A stretch of 64,000 bases of DNA from an uncultured delta proteobacterium (GTDB lineage: Bacteria; Myxococcota_A; Polyangia; Polyangiales; Houyiibacteriaceae): positions 544,001 through 608,000 of the forward strand of contig CAVOVB010000002.1 of NCBI GenBank assembly GCA_963699755.1, in the 5' to 3' direction. The stretch's first letter is position 1, and every line of letters begins with the position of its first letter. The position numbers and the translations under genes are program-made. Shown here piece after piece: positions 48,826 through 58,953 of this stretch. Under the pieces are notes generated by a model, which had not been told where the DNA came from, made no database searches, and saw nothing but the letters and a program-made list of their open reading frames with translations.

Positions 48826-50214
48826 ATGCCCGCATTGGCACTGATTTCGAGAGATCCCGACGTCCACCAAGAGCTCCTCGCTACGCTCGATGGGACAGCA
48901 TGGTCGGTCGAGTGGCTCGGACCCGAGGTGGTGGGCGATTCGGAGCTGCATCAGGAAGTCGTGGCGCTGGATGCGGCGCACCCCGCCGCGCTGTCCTGGG
49001 AACCAACGCGGGGAAAGCCCGTGCTTCTGGTCGTGGACGGCGAGTATCCCGCCGCTTTGGACGAGCTCGCTAGCGATCTGGTTTTCCGGCCGACACTTCG
49101 AGAGCGACTGCTCGTCCGGCTCGAACGACTGCGAGCTCGCGGGCCGATCGACGATTTACGGCGCCAGTACGCCAAGACCTTCGCGTCGATGGCCGTCGGC
49201 ACCGTCGTGCTTGGCCCTGACCTCGAGATCCTGATCGCCAACCCTCGTTCCTACGAAATCGTCGGCCACCGCGAGGAAACGATGACGTCCACGGACATCG
49301 GGGAGATGTTGTCTGCACGAGACCTTCCCCGCATTCGAGAAGCGCTGTCACAAGGGCAATACCCGCGCGGGATGGACATCCATCTCGTCCGGCGAGATGG
49401 TACCGGAATCATCTGCAACGCCTCGTTTGCTCCTTTGATTGGGGCAGAGGATCACACCGTGGTCTCTTTCGAAGACGTCAGCCATCAACGACAGAGCGAG
49501 TATGAGCTTATCAAAACGATGGAGTTTCTGGAATCTTTGATCGACGCTAGCGTGGATGCGATCATCGCGACCGACATGGAACAACGAGTGCGCGTGTTCA
49601 ATGCAAGCGCGTCGCGAATCACTGGGCATCACGTATCGGACGTGATTGGGGCGGTGACGCTCGAAGATCTTCTCGGACGAGCGACAGCCGAGCTCGTCGC
49701 GCAACGCCTGCACTCCCTAGAGCACGGAGGACCAGGCCGGCTCGAACCCACCATGCTGGATCTACTGGACATCCATGGGGCGCGGATTCCGGTTCAGCTT
49801 TCGGGTTCGCTGATCTACGAACTGGGCAAGCCCTCTGCCTTCGTCCTCATCTTCGCCGATCTTCGGGACAGAATGCGAGTCGAGGAGCGGTTGGCCGAAG
49901 CGCAGAAGAAGTTGGCCTTCACCGAAAAGCAAGGTGTCCTTGCCGAGCTGGCGGGAACAGCGGCGCACGAGCTCAACCAGCCCCTGACCAGTATGATGGC
50001 CTATGCGGAGCTTCTGCTGCGCCAATCCGAACCGGACTCCAACGGAGCCAAAGCCGCGCGGGTGCTGATCCGCGAAGCAGAACGAATGGCTGAAATCGTC
50101 CGCAAAATCGGAAAGATCACCCGGTACGAAACCACCTCGTACGTCGGCCATCAGAAGATTTTTGATTTGGATCGCGCCGCCGATGCGTCGAGTGAGCCGG
50201 AGGCAAAGGGCTGA
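48826..50214 (+). CDS. PAS-PAS-HisKA protein lacking the HATPase domain
   Basis: two PAS domains; ELAGTAAHELNQPL; ends about 80 aa later with no N/G boxes. Confidence 0.85.
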   Translation: MPALALISRDPDVHQELLATLDGTAWSVEWLGPEVVGDSELHQEVVALDAAHPAALSWEPTRGKPVLLVVDGEYPAALDELASDLVFRPTLRERLLVRLERLRARGPIDDLRRQYAKTFASMAVGTVVLGPDLEILIANPRSYEIVGHREETMTSTDIGEMLSARDLPRIREALSQGQYPRGMDIHLVRRDGTGIICNASFAPLIGAEDHTVVSFEDVSHQRQSEYELIKTMEFLESLIDASVDAIIATDMEQRVRVFNASASRITGHHVSDVIGAVTLEDLLGRATAELVAQRLHSLEHGGPGRLEPTMLDLLDIHGARIPVQLSGSLIYELGKPSAFVLIFADLRDRMRVEERLAEAQKKLAFTEKQGVLAELAGTAAHELNQPLTSMMAYAELLLRQSEPDSNGAKAARVLIREAERMAEIVRKIGKITRYETTSYVGHQKIFDLDRAADASSEPEAKG

Positions 50215-50217
50215 GCG

Positions 50218-51918
50218 ATGGACGACTCCGCCAAGCAGAAGCCGCCCCCTTCTCGGGAAAGCCTGGAACCAAGGGTGTCGTCGGTGAAGTCGATCATCTC
50301 GCCGCGGCATGGCCGGCTCCGCGCGGCGGAAGGCGCCACGCTGCCACGCATTCTCGAGTCGCTGAACCAGGCTCAGCACGAAACCGCAGGGCCAACGACC
50401 GACGAAAGGATCCTCCGTGCATACCTACACGCCCTCGAGCGCCTCTATCCGAGGGTTCGCTTTGCGATGAGGTTGTCCAATCCGATCCTCGATCGGAGCT
50501 CCGTCGTTCAAGCCACGACTCATCACGTTCGACCCGAGGCGATCGACGAGGTCTCGATCACGGAAGCGGGGCTTCTACGCGCGGGTTTCCCCGAATCAGC
50601 GGAGCCCCCAGCAGCAATGCGCTTGCGGCGAACCTATCAGCCGATCTTGATCGCCGATCCCGCCGAAGAGATGCTTCCGGCCGATGGCCTAGACGTGCCG
50701 CTGGCGCGCGCCGGCGAGATCTTCGGTGTCTTGGCCGCAGAGTTCGAGCGAGGCTCCGAGCTTCCCCCAGGTCTCGAGGAGGCGCTTCTGATGACCGCGA
50801 CCCAAGCCAGCGCCGCAATCGAAAGCGGCCGCCTGCGCCGGGAGTCACTTCACCTTCGGGATTACCTCGAAAAGCTACTCGAGCACGCGAAGATCCCGGT
50901 CTTGGTGATCGGCCGTGACCGCAACATTCGCGTGGTCAGCAGTGCGTTCGGCCGAATTACGGGGCTCGATCGAAGCGAGCTGATCTCCAGGGATCTCCTA
51001 CAACTCGCTGGCCAGAACGAGCGCGTGCGGGTCTTGTCCGCCTTCGTGAGCGCGCTCCGCGGCCAGGACGTGCCGCCGTTCGAGCTCAGGTTGGTCAAGG
51101 CCGGAGGCGGAACCGCACGACTTCAGTTCACGCTGGCGCCCATTCTCGATTCGGAAGGCAAGGTCGCTGGTGTCATCGCAATTGGACAGGACCGGACCGA
51201 GGTCCGCGAGCTCGAGGGTCAGGTCATCCACGCGGAGAAGCTCGCAACGCTCGGGCAGCTCGCCGCGGGCATCGTCCACGAGATCAACAACCCGCTGACG
51301 AGCATTTCCGTCTACGGCGAGTATCTGATGAGCAAGTTGTCGCGCAGTGGCGCTGAGCAGTCGGACATCAAGCGGATGGAGCGGATCCTGCGCAGCTCCG
51401 ATCGCATCATGTCATTCACCCGTAATCTTCTGACCTATGCGCGCCCTTCGAAAGAGGAGGCACAACCCGTCTCGCTCAACGAGGTGCTCGAAGAAGCGGT
51501 CGGCTTCTGTGAGCACAGCATCAGCGAAGCGAACGTGGCGATAGTCCGCGACTATGGAGAGAACCTTCCCAAGGTGAAGGCCGTTCGTGGGCAGCTTCAT
51601 CAGGTTTTCGTCAATCTCATCACCAACGCCTGCAACGCGGCACCCGAGGGAGGCGGTCGAGTGCGCCTGACCACCCGGGTCCACGGTCACGACCAGGTTC
51701 AGATCGAGGTCGAGGACGATGGCGTCGGAATTCGAGCAACCGAGCTGGGCCGGGTTTTCGAGCCGTTCTTTTCGACCCGCCGAAAGGGCCAAGGAACGGG
51801 GCTGGGCCTCTCGATTGTGAAGAACATCGTCGAAGAGCATCGGGGAAGCATCGAGATTCAGAGCGAGGTCGACCGGCGCACCGTCGTTCTGATCACGCTG
51901 CCCTCGCTCATCGCTTAA
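50218..51918 (+). CDS. cytoplasmic (GAF-like)-PAS sensor histidine kinase
   Basis: HEINNPL, QVFVNLITNA, DDGVG, FEPFFST, GTGLGL. Confidence 0.92.
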   Translation: MDDSAKQKPPPSRESLEPRVSSVKSIISPRHGRLRAAEGATLPRILESLNQAQHETAGPTTDERILRAYLHALERLYPRVRFAMRLSNPILDRSSVVQATTHHVRPEAIDEVSITEAGLLRAGFPESAEPPAAMRLRRTYQPILIADPAEEMLPADGLDVPLARAGEIFGVLAAEFERGSELPPGLEEALLMTATQASAAIESGRLRRESLHLRDYLEKLLEHAKIPVLVIGRDRNIRVVSSAFGRITGLDRSELISRDLLQLAGQNERVRVLSAFVSALRGQDVPPFELRLVKAGGGTARLQFTLAPILDSEGKVAGVIAIGQDRTEVRELEGQVIHAEKLATLGQLAAGIVHEINNPLTSISVYGEYLMSKLSRSGAEQSDIKRMERILRSSDRIMSFTRNLLTYARPSKEEAQPVSLNEVLEEAVGFCEHSISEANVAIVRDYGENLPKVKAVRGQLHQVFVNLITNACNAAPEGGGRVRLTTRVHGHDQVQIEVEDDGVGIRATELGRVFEPFFSTRRKGQGTGLGLSIVKNIVEEHRGSIEIQSEVDRRTVVLITLPSLIA

Positions 51919-52024
51919 ACGCCCGTGATCACCAGGGGTTCGAATGTCAGAGCGAGGCTCTAGGTTTAGCGATGGAATCAACCCCGTTTCTGAGAGGTTA
52001 GGGGTGGCACAGGGAGGAGAATTC

Positions 52025-53422
52025 ATGTTCGGAATCAAGCTGCGGCGACCTTGGCTCATGGCACTCGGCGCGACGATCGCCATCCCGATGCTCGGCACGG
52101 CATCGGCATCACCGAAGAAGGGCACGATCGACGAAGACGCGATGTCCAGGGCGGTCGCATTTGAAACCGCGTTGACCAGCGTTGCCGAGTCGGTGTCACC
52201 TCTGGTCGTCAGCATTCAAGTCGAAATGAGCAGGCCGCAGAACAGCGGTTTTCCACCCTTCTTCGGAGGCCAGGGTCCCGGGGGCATCATCCGAGGAGGC
52301 GGTTCGGGTGTCATTTTGCGATCCGACGGATACATCCTGACGAACAATCACGTCGTCCATGAGGCGAGCCGCATCGACGTTCGCTTGAAGAACGGCAAGC
52401 GCTATCCGGCGAAGCTCGTCGGCTCGGACTCAGCTACCGACCTGGCCATGCTGAAGATCGACGCGCGCGGCCTACCCGAGGCGGAGTTTGCGTCCTCCGA
52501 GAACGCGCGCGTAGGCCAATTCGTGATCGCGATCGGCTCACCCTTCGGCCTCGACTACACCGTCACGACCGGTGTCCTCAGCGCAAAGGGTCGGGGGCGC
52601 ATCGGCGCCAATGAAATCGAGGACTACCTTCAGACCGACGCCAGCATCAACCCTGGAAATTCTGGTGGTCCGCTCGTCGACCTTCACGGCCGCGTGCTCG
52701 GGATCAACACGATGATCATCGGCCGCGGCTCCGGGATCGGATTTGCGATTCCGTCGGAGATCGCGCAGCGAGTCGCCAACCAGCTGATCGCGAGCGGCTC
52801 CGTCAAGCGGGCCTGGCTCGGCGTCTCCTTCCAGGAAATCACTCCCGAGCTGGCTGCGCATTTCGGCGGAAACCTCGATGGAGGCGCGTTGATCAATGCC
52901 GTTGTGCCGAGCGGACCGGCGCATCAAGCAGGTCTGCAATCTGGGGACGTGATCACCGAGATCGAAGGGCAGAAGATTCGAGAAGGGCATGACCTCCTGC
53001 GGACGGTATTGCGCCACGACGTCGGGGAGCGCCTCGTTGTCGCGGTGCGCCGTGGCGAAGAGACGAAGAAAGTCGTCTTGGTGACCGGCGAGAGACCAAG
53101 CGAGCGGAGCGCTCAATCGCAAGTGCAGGGCGTCGAAGACAATGCGATGCTCGGGCTCGCGCTCGAAGAGCTGACGCCGCAGCTTCGGCAACGATTCCGT
53201 TACGAAGGGGAAGGTCGAGTGTTCGTGCGCGCGGTCGAACCGGGCTCAGACGCGGACCGCGCGGACCTTCGCCCCGGCGACATCATCCTTCAAGCCGACC
53301 GAAAAGCGGTGAGCAGAATCGCCGAGGTTCGCGCGGCCCTGCGAGACGGCGAGGCCCTACTCTACGTCGAGCGCGACTCGCAGCGCTTCTTTCAACCGCT
53401 CGGCCGGTCCAAGGGGCGCTAG
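52025..53422 (+). CDS. DegP/HtrA serine protease with two PDZ domains
   Basis: signal peptide; TNNHVV, TDLA, DASINPGNSGGPL. Confidence 0.93.
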   Translation: MFGIKLRRPWLMALGATIAIPMLGTASASPKKGTIDEDAMSRAVAFETALTSVAESVSPLVVSIQVEMSRPQNSGFPPFFGGQGPGGIIRGGGSGVILRSDGYILTNNHVVHEASRIDVRLKNGKRYPAKLVGSDSATDLAMLKIDARGLPEAEFASSENARVGQFVIAIGSPFGLDYTVTTGVLSAKGRGRIGANEIEDYLQTDASINPGNSGGPLVDLHGRVLGINTMIIGRGSGIGFAIPSEIAQRVANQLIASGSVKRAWLGVSFQEITPELAAHFGGNLDGGALINAVVPSGPAHQAGLQSGDVITEIEGQKIREGHDLLRTVLRHDVGERLVVAVRRGEETKKVVLVTGERPSERSAQSQVQGVEDNAMLGLALEELTPQLRQRFRYEGEGRVFVRAVEPGSDADRADLRPGDIILQADRKAVSRIAEVRAALRDGEALLYVERDSQRFFQPLGRSKGR

Positions 53423-54951
53423 CGCGCGACGGTAATCTCGATCGCGGGGCCCCGCGCTTCGACGCGGTACGCCGGGTGCCGCCCCGCCACGAAACGGAGT
53501 GTCAGCTCGGAGAAGTCTCCCCGGTTGAGGATACTGGCGTGCTCCACGTCCGGATGTGCTGAGGCGATCGGACCAGCCCGAGAAAGGGAGAGGCTTCCCG
53601 GAATCGTCACGGAGAATCCGTCCGCTTCGACGATCCCCTCTAGCTCGGTCACGGGGTTGTTCATTCGAAGAACGTACTTCTCACCACCAGGAACCGAGTC
53701 GGCTCCAAAGGCGGTCCCGTGAACGGTCTCCGGCGGCAAGGGAGCACCCTGCGGCTGGTAGGTCACGTTCTCAGCCTCGATCGCGGTCGCGGCCTCTGTC
53801 GCATTCCCGGTCTCGGTCCCAGGCCCGGTCTCGGTCCCAAGCCCGGTCTCTTTCGCCGACGCAGCGCTGCCCGCTGCCGCCCAAAGGTAGATCCCCCAGC
53901 CCGCCGCGACAATCCCGCAGACCATCGCTGCGAGGATCAAATATCGGCGTCCGTTTCGGCGGGTGTTCTTGAGATGTGCACGGGCGGCCTCGCTTCTCGG
54001 CACCTGCTTGCGTCGAGGCTTGTCGTCGAGCTGCGAGCGTAGCGCGCCGATGAATCGAGCGACCAGCGCGAAGAGCTCCTTCACGTTGCTCGTGACGCGA
54101 GGCACCAGCCCATCGGTGAGCGCAGAACGGGCGCTGTCGATGCTGTGGGAAGCTCGATCGGTCGCCGACTTCGCATAGGCGCGCAATCGATCGCCAACCG
54201 ATGCCTTTGCAGCGTCCCCCACCTCGGAGTCGTAGCGAACGATGCGCGGCGTATCGTACATTCGAGCCTCGCGGTCGCCGTGGTCTGCCTGAACCGTGGC
54301 AGGCGCCTCGTCGGGGAGCGTATCCCGGTCCTGGTCGTCACCTGAGAAGCCTTCCAAGGCATCTGCGACTTCGTAACCGATGCTCAGGACCAGCTTCGGC
54401 GTAGTTCCGTCCATCTTGAGCTCGACAGCCTCGAGGTGGCCGCGCCGGCCGGCGCTCTCGTTCAGCACCGCCGCCCCGATCGCGAGAAACGGCAAGTGTT
54501 GCTCCACGAACAGCGCCTCGTCCGTCTCCGATTGAACCTCGGCCATGATTGGAGTGCCGACCCCCTCCAGCTGTAGATGAACGATCGGCGCCTTTGCGCT
54601 TGTACGCCCCCAACGCTGAATCAGCGCCTCGATGCGCGTCCGGTCCTGGTCGGAGAGATGGGTGAACCGGATGCCGAACTCGCCGACGTGGGGCCCGCTC
54701 TCGTGTGCCCAGACGACCCGGCCGATCATCTCGATGGCCTCTCCGCCCGCAGGGTTGTCCAGCTGGCAACGAAGCGTCGATCCCACATCGGGCAAGACCG
54801 ACGCCCGGATCGAAAGCCCACCAGCTCCTACATTGATCCCGTCAGCTTCGAACTCCTGATGGAAGCCTTCGGGGTGGAGCTTGATCAGAACCTCGTCGAG
54901 CGGCACGCGCGGCTGCCGAGGTGCTTGATAATAACCCGCGGATGTATTCAT
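53419..54951 (-). CDS. PilZ-like domain membrane protein with extracytoplasmic C-terminal domain
   Basis: PRQPRVP..INVGAGGL..GRVVW..FGIRF; TM YLILAAMVCGIVAAGWGIYLW. Confidence 0.75.
   Translation of the reverse strand: MNTSAGYYQAPRQPRVPLDEVLIKLHPEGFHQEFEADGINVGAGGLSIRASVLPDVGSTLRCQLDNPAGGEAIEMIGRVVWAHESGPHVGEFGIRFTHLSDQDRTRIEALIQRWGRTSAKAPIVHLQLEGVGTPIMAEVQSETDEALFVEQHLPFLAIGAAVLNESAGRRGHLEAVELKMDGTTPKLVLSIGYEVADALEGFSGDDQDRDTLPDEAPATVQADHGDREARMYDTPRIVRYDSEVGDAAKASVGDRLRAYAKSATDRASHSIDSARSALTDGLVPRVTSNVKELFALVARFIGALRSQLDDKPRRKQVPRSEAARAHLKNTRRNGRRYLILAAMVCGIVAAGWGIYLWAAAGSAASAKETGLGTETGPGTETGNATEAATAIEAENVTYQPQGAPLPPETVHGTAFGADSVPGGEKYVLRMNNPVTELEGIVEADGFSVTIPGSLSLSRAGPIASAHPDVEHASILNRGDFSELTLRFVAGRHPAYRVEARGPAIEITVAR
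53806..53850. repeat. 18-bp tandem repeat, 2.5 copies (encodes ETGLGT/ETGPGT/ETG)
   Basis: CCCGGTCTCGGTCCCAGG / CCCGGTCTCGGTCCCAAG / CCCGGTCTC. Confidence 0.8.
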
Positions 54952-55082
54952 CGAATGCTCTCCTGCGCGACCCGTGAGTCGCCCCCGTCACGACTGGTCC
55001 CAAAACTCGGCGAATGCGTCCACTTTTCTGCAACCCGCTTCCTTGACCAGTTCGTGACCGGACCGCAGTCTTGGCGGCCACC

Positions 55083-55739
55083 ATGGGCGTGCGAATCACT
55101 GTGCAGTCACTTTGGACGGAGCTCGAGTCTTCGACTTTCGTGTACGAGTTTGCGCAGTCTCGCATCGTGATCGGGCGCTCCCGGAGTGCAGACGTTCAGC
55201 TCCCTCATGCGGCGGTCAGCGCAACGCACGCAAGCATCCACGAGCAAGATGCTGGCTACGTTCTCGTGGACGAAGGCTCGACCAACGGCACGCGCGTCAA
55301 CGATGTCCGCGTGGTTCCAGGGCGCCCCAAACTGCTGCGGAACAATGATCTGTTGGACCTGGGCGGCTATCGCCTCAGCATCGACGTCGGTGTGCCGGTC
55401 TCACAGACGATGTCGGCCCGACTCACTTCCGACTTTGCTCGGCGGATCCTGGCCGAGCAGCTCGAAGGAAAGGACGCAGAGGGCGTCGATGCGGAGCTAG
55501 ACGCCATCCAGAAAGGTCCCGACAGGCGCGTGGAGCTGCTGCCCATTCCGAAGGAAACCCGAAGTGAGCCGCCTCGCGAAAGGGAATCGAGACCCTCGAG
55601 GCCGCGGCAGTCGAGGCCGAATAGCCACCCACCGACCGAGCCCGCTCGGCTCCGGCGAAGCGAAATGGCGGTCTATGCGCTTGCTGGGCTCGTCATCACC
55701 GCGAGCATCATCGCGATGGCCCTCCTGATGCGGTCCTAA
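55083..55739 (+). CDS. FHA-domain protein with C-terminal TM
   Basis: [25 protein letters not shown]. Confidence 0.88.
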   Translation: MGVRITVQSLWTELESSTFVYEFAQSRIVIGRSRSADVQLPHAAVSATHASIHEQDAGYVLVDEGSTNGTRVNDVRVVPGRPKLLRNNDLLDLGGYRLSIDVGVPVSQTMSARLTSDFARRILAEQLEGKDAEGVDAELDAIQKGPDRRVELLPIPKETRSEPPRERESRPSRPRQSRPNSHPPTEPARLRRSEMAVYALAGLVITASIIAMALLMRS

Positions 55740-56500
55740 GTGTTGCGGAGATAGACTAGACGAAGGCCCTCGAGGGTGAGGAACTCGTCGATGTCTTCGA
55801 TCGTTTCGCTCTCCGGCTCGATCAAAGCGGCGAGGCCACCAGTCGCGATCACCGTCACCTCGGGGCCCATCTCGGAAGCCAAGCGCCGCACCAGGCCGTC
55901 TACCAATCCGACGTAGCCGAATACGATACCGGACTGCATGGAGTGCACAGTATTGCGCCCTATCGCTCGCGGAGGCCGTGCTATCTCGCTGCGAGGCAGC
56001 TTTGCGGCGCGAGAGAACAAGGCGCTCGCACTGATCTGGATCCCAGGGGCGATCGCGCCTCCAAGATACTCGCCCTTTTCCGAGATGCAGTCGAAGGTGG
56101 TCGCAGTGCCGAAGTCGACGACGATGGCCGCACCCTTGATACGCTCGTACGCTGCTACTGCGTTCACGATACGGTCGGCGCCGACTTCTCGGGGATTCTC
56201 GTAGAGCACGGGCATCCCCGTCTTGATCCCTGGACCGACTACCATGACCTCGTGATCGAAGGCTCGGTCGATGGCTTCGATGACGGTATCGTTGAACGAA
56301 GGCACTACCGAAGCGAGGATGCTCGCACGCACCTCGCTGCGCTCGATTCCTACGAGTGCCAGCAAGTTCAGAAGAAGGACATGGTACTCGTCGCTCGTCC
56401 GGCCCTTCGACGTCTCGATTCGGAAGTCGTGCACCAGGCGCTCCCCGTCGTAGAGGCCGAGCACCGTGTGGGTATTGCCGACGTCGACGACGAGTAGCAT
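55736..56500 (-). CDS. coaX: type III pantothenate kinase
   Basis: [46 protein letters not shown]. Confidence 0.96.
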   Translation of the reverse strand: MLLVVDVGNTHTVLGLYDGERLVHDFRIETSKGRTSDEYHVLLLNLLALVGIERSEVRASILASVVPSFNDTVIEAIDRAFDHEVMVVGPGIKTGMPVLYENPREVGADRIVNAVAAYERIKGAAIVVDFGTATTFDCISEKGEYLGGAIAPGIQISASALFSRAAKLPRSEIARPPRAIGRNTVHSMQSGIVFGYVGLVDGLVRRLASEMGPEVTVIATGGLAALIEPESETIEDIDEFLTLEGLRLVYLRNT

Positions 56501-57019
56501 CTAGCGAGGTCGCAAGGACAAGGTCAGCTCGAGGAGCTCCCCGAAAGTCTTCGGACGCGGGAACTCCGGCTGATCGGTTGCATAGACGATGGGCTGGCCG
56601 GTGGGTGCAACGCTCTGGGGCCGAATTGACTCGGGCCGACGTGAGCGCGGCGGCACGACAGGAGGTCCCGATGCAGGCCGTCCCGAGCGCGCGCGGGGCT
56701 CGACCGAAAGCGGACGCTCGACCCGCGGTGGCTGAGAGGAGTAGCGCGTCGGACTATCGCGCGTAGGTGACGTCGGTGGATCGGAGAGCGGCGAGGAGGG
56801 CAGCTGCGTCGGAAAAGCGCTCGGGAAAGGAGTCGGCTCCGCCGCCTGGGACGGAGCGGATGGTCGCTCCGCCGGGATGGATGACGGTGCGGCAGCGACG
56901 GTACCCGATGCGGTCCGAAGCCTCTCGAGCGCTTCGGCAGCGTGGGTCTCACGCTCTTCGGGACGCTTGGCCCGTACCTTGTCGAGCAAGGATCGAAGCC
57001 TGTCTTCCCGATCTGTCAT
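56501..57019 (-). CDS. Pro-rich hypothetical protein
   Basis: ATGA-coupled to the upstream gene, abuts coaX; helical ends (RLRSLLDKV; TFGELLELTLSL) around a low-complexity core. Confidence 0.6.
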   Translation of the reverse strand: MTDREDRLRSLLDKVRAKRPEERETHAAEALERLRTASGTVAAAPSSIPAERPSAPSQAAEPTPFPSAFPTQLPSSPLSDPPTSPTRDSPTRYSSQPPRVERPLSVEPRARSGRPASGPPVVPPRSRRPESIRPQSVAPTGQPIVYATDQPEFPRPKTFGELLELTLSLRPR

Positions 57020-57564
57020 GATGCCCTCTTCGTTTCGAGCATGCCTACGATCGCCGGCAAGTCTGCTCCATCCTTGAACCAACCCCAGACCGTTTCGGCT
57101 ACCTCGAAATCGACCATGATGAACTTCGATTCACCCGTCGGAACGCAGGAGACCTGTCGCCGAGAAATCTCGGAGAACATGCCGCCGAGAAGCGCCGCTG
57201 CGCCAAGCTCGTCTTCGTCCAGATCCGGGGCGTCACGAAGCGCTACCACGAGCGCGGAGCCCCAGCGCTCGAAGGTCAGGCGCCCCCAGCCGAAGAGCGA
57301 GGTAACGGCCGATACGTGGCCGAGCACGGCCTCCGCGGACAGGACAGACGCGGGCCTGTCCAAGCTGCCGAGCACCTGCTGACCGAGCAGCTCCCCCAAG
57401 CGCCGGAGCGGAGTGAGGTCGCCATCGCGCGCTGCCGCCGCAACCAAGGATGAAAGCACATCCTCGCTGAGGACCACGACCCGCTCGCCATTGCGCGTGC
57501 GAACCGTGCCGCCAGTCAAATTGAACTCATAGAAGCCGCTAGGATCAAAACGGCCGTCGTGCAT
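57016..57564 (-). CDS. hypothetical protein, V4R/Bet3-like fold suspected
   Basis: FNLTGGTV..GERVVVL, LRRLGELLG, LFGWGRL, LLGGMFS; GGAGGGG SD. Confidence 0.65.
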   Translation of the reverse strand: MHDGRFDPSGFYEFNLTGGTVRTRNGERVVVLSEDVLSSLVAAAARDGDLTPLRRLGELLGQQVLGSLDRPASVLSAEAVLGHVSAVTSLFGWGRLTFERWGSALVVALRDAPDLDEDELGAAALLGGMFSEISRRQVSCVPTGESKFIMVDFEVAETVWGWFKDGADLPAIVGMLETKRAS

Positions 57565-57612
57565 AGGCCCCCCTCCAGATGGGATGTAGAAGGTACAGGC
57601 GGATCGTGTCAA

Positions 57613-58953
57613 ATGTCCCGGGTGAAATCAAACCTCGTCTGCGCCGTCATTACGGTCGTCCTGCAGACGCAAACCGCGCAGGCGCAGGGCGATCTGCTGG
57701 ATGCAGACGGCATTGCCGAGGCGATCGTCTCGATGACCTCGCGGGTCTGGACGGGGCCCCGAACCCCCACCCCAGACCCCATCCCTAGACCTCTCGAGGC
57801 TTCGCAGGGCATTCGTTCGCCCTACGCCCTGCTCAGCGTGCATGCCGACCCGGAGGTCAGTCCGCGGTCGATGCGGCGTGCACTCGGCGCGCTCGAGCTC
57901 GCCAGAGGCCGGCTCGACGCCATGGGTTGGCCGTGGCCCATCTCAGATGGCGACCTCGGGGGTGGGCCAGAATTCGACCTCTACCTCAGCAGCGCGCTCG
58001 CCGCCAACGCCTACTCGGACGGCATGGCCATCTGGTCTTACTTCGACCGGGCTTCGACCTTCGCGGTCGTCAGCCCAGCAATGCCGGACTCGACGATCGA
58101 GGCCTGCGCGACCGCCGCCTACGTCGATGCGCTCCTGATGGGTATCGACCCCGCGGAGGCGAGAACTTGGCGGCGTGCCACGGCGACATGGTTGACCTGG
58201 GAGCTCACCGGCCAATTCGGCTGCGGTGAAGACCTGAGCCGTCAACAGGCGGAGCCCCATCGTTCCTGGGTGGCTGGCGCTGCAGGCGACGGCGCTGCAG
58301 GCGCGCTCTGGCTCGCTTATCTATCGGCCCGCCACGACTCGGTACCCGGCGGGTTCGTCCGTGATGTTTGGGGGCTTGCAAGTCAGCGCACCTGGGAAGG
58401 AGCGGGGCTCCGTGCAGATCCGGATCTTTGGTCGGCCATCGAATCCGCGGTCGATCGCAGCGGCGATCGTTTGCTCGACAACGTCGAAGAGCTGGCCGTC
58501 CTCAGGTGGTTCGTCGGGCGTGCCGATCGTGGCGACGCAGTCATCGCTTCCCTCGACAGCGATGCGATGGTGCCGATAACCCGAGAGATGAAGCGCCTGC
58601 CGACGCGAGTGGTCGCCTCGCAGCCACTGGCGACCTTCGGCAGCGCATACCTGGTGATGGACGCTGACACCTGGGGCGAAGACCGGCGGCTTCGCGCCTG
58701 GCTGCAAGGCGAATACGGAGTGCGCTGGTCATTCGTCGCTGTTCAGCTGGACGGCCACGGCCACGAGATTCGCCGGATCGCCGCACCAGCCACTGGTCCG
58801 ACACCCCGGGCGTACCTACCCATCGAGCTCGACGATGCCACGCGACGGCTCCTGTTCGTGGTCACCAACCTCGCGGACGGCCTACCAGACGCCGACGAAC
58901 CAGAGGTCAGCCAACGTGCATTCGAGCTGATCGTCGATCGCGCGGCTGACTAG
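57613..58953 (+). CDS. secreted protein resembling a zinc metalloprotease family but lacking HExxH
   Basis: signal ..TAQA|QG; DGDLGGGPEFDLYL; W..ATATW. Confidence 0.6.
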   Translation: MSRVKSNLVCAVITVVLQTQTAQAQGDLLDADGIAEAIVSMTSRVWTGPRTPTPDPIPRPLEASQGIRSPYALLSVHADPEVSPRSMRRALGALELARGRLDAMGWPWPISDGDLGGGPEFDLYLSSALAANAYSDGMAIWSYFDRASTFAVVSPAMPDSTIEACATAAYVDALLMGIDPAEARTWRRATATWLTWELTGQFGCGEDLSRQQAEPHRSWVAGAAGDGAAGALWLAYLSARHDSVPGGFVRDVWGLASQRTWEGAGLRADPDLWSAIESAVDRSGDRLLDNVEELAVLRWFVGRADRGDAVIASLDSDAMVPITREMKRLPTRVVASQPLATFGSAYLVMDADTWGEDRRLRAWLQGEYGVRWSFVAVQLDGHGHEIRRIAAPATGPTPRAYLPIELDDATRRLLFVVTNLADGLPDADEPEVSQRAFELIVDRAAD

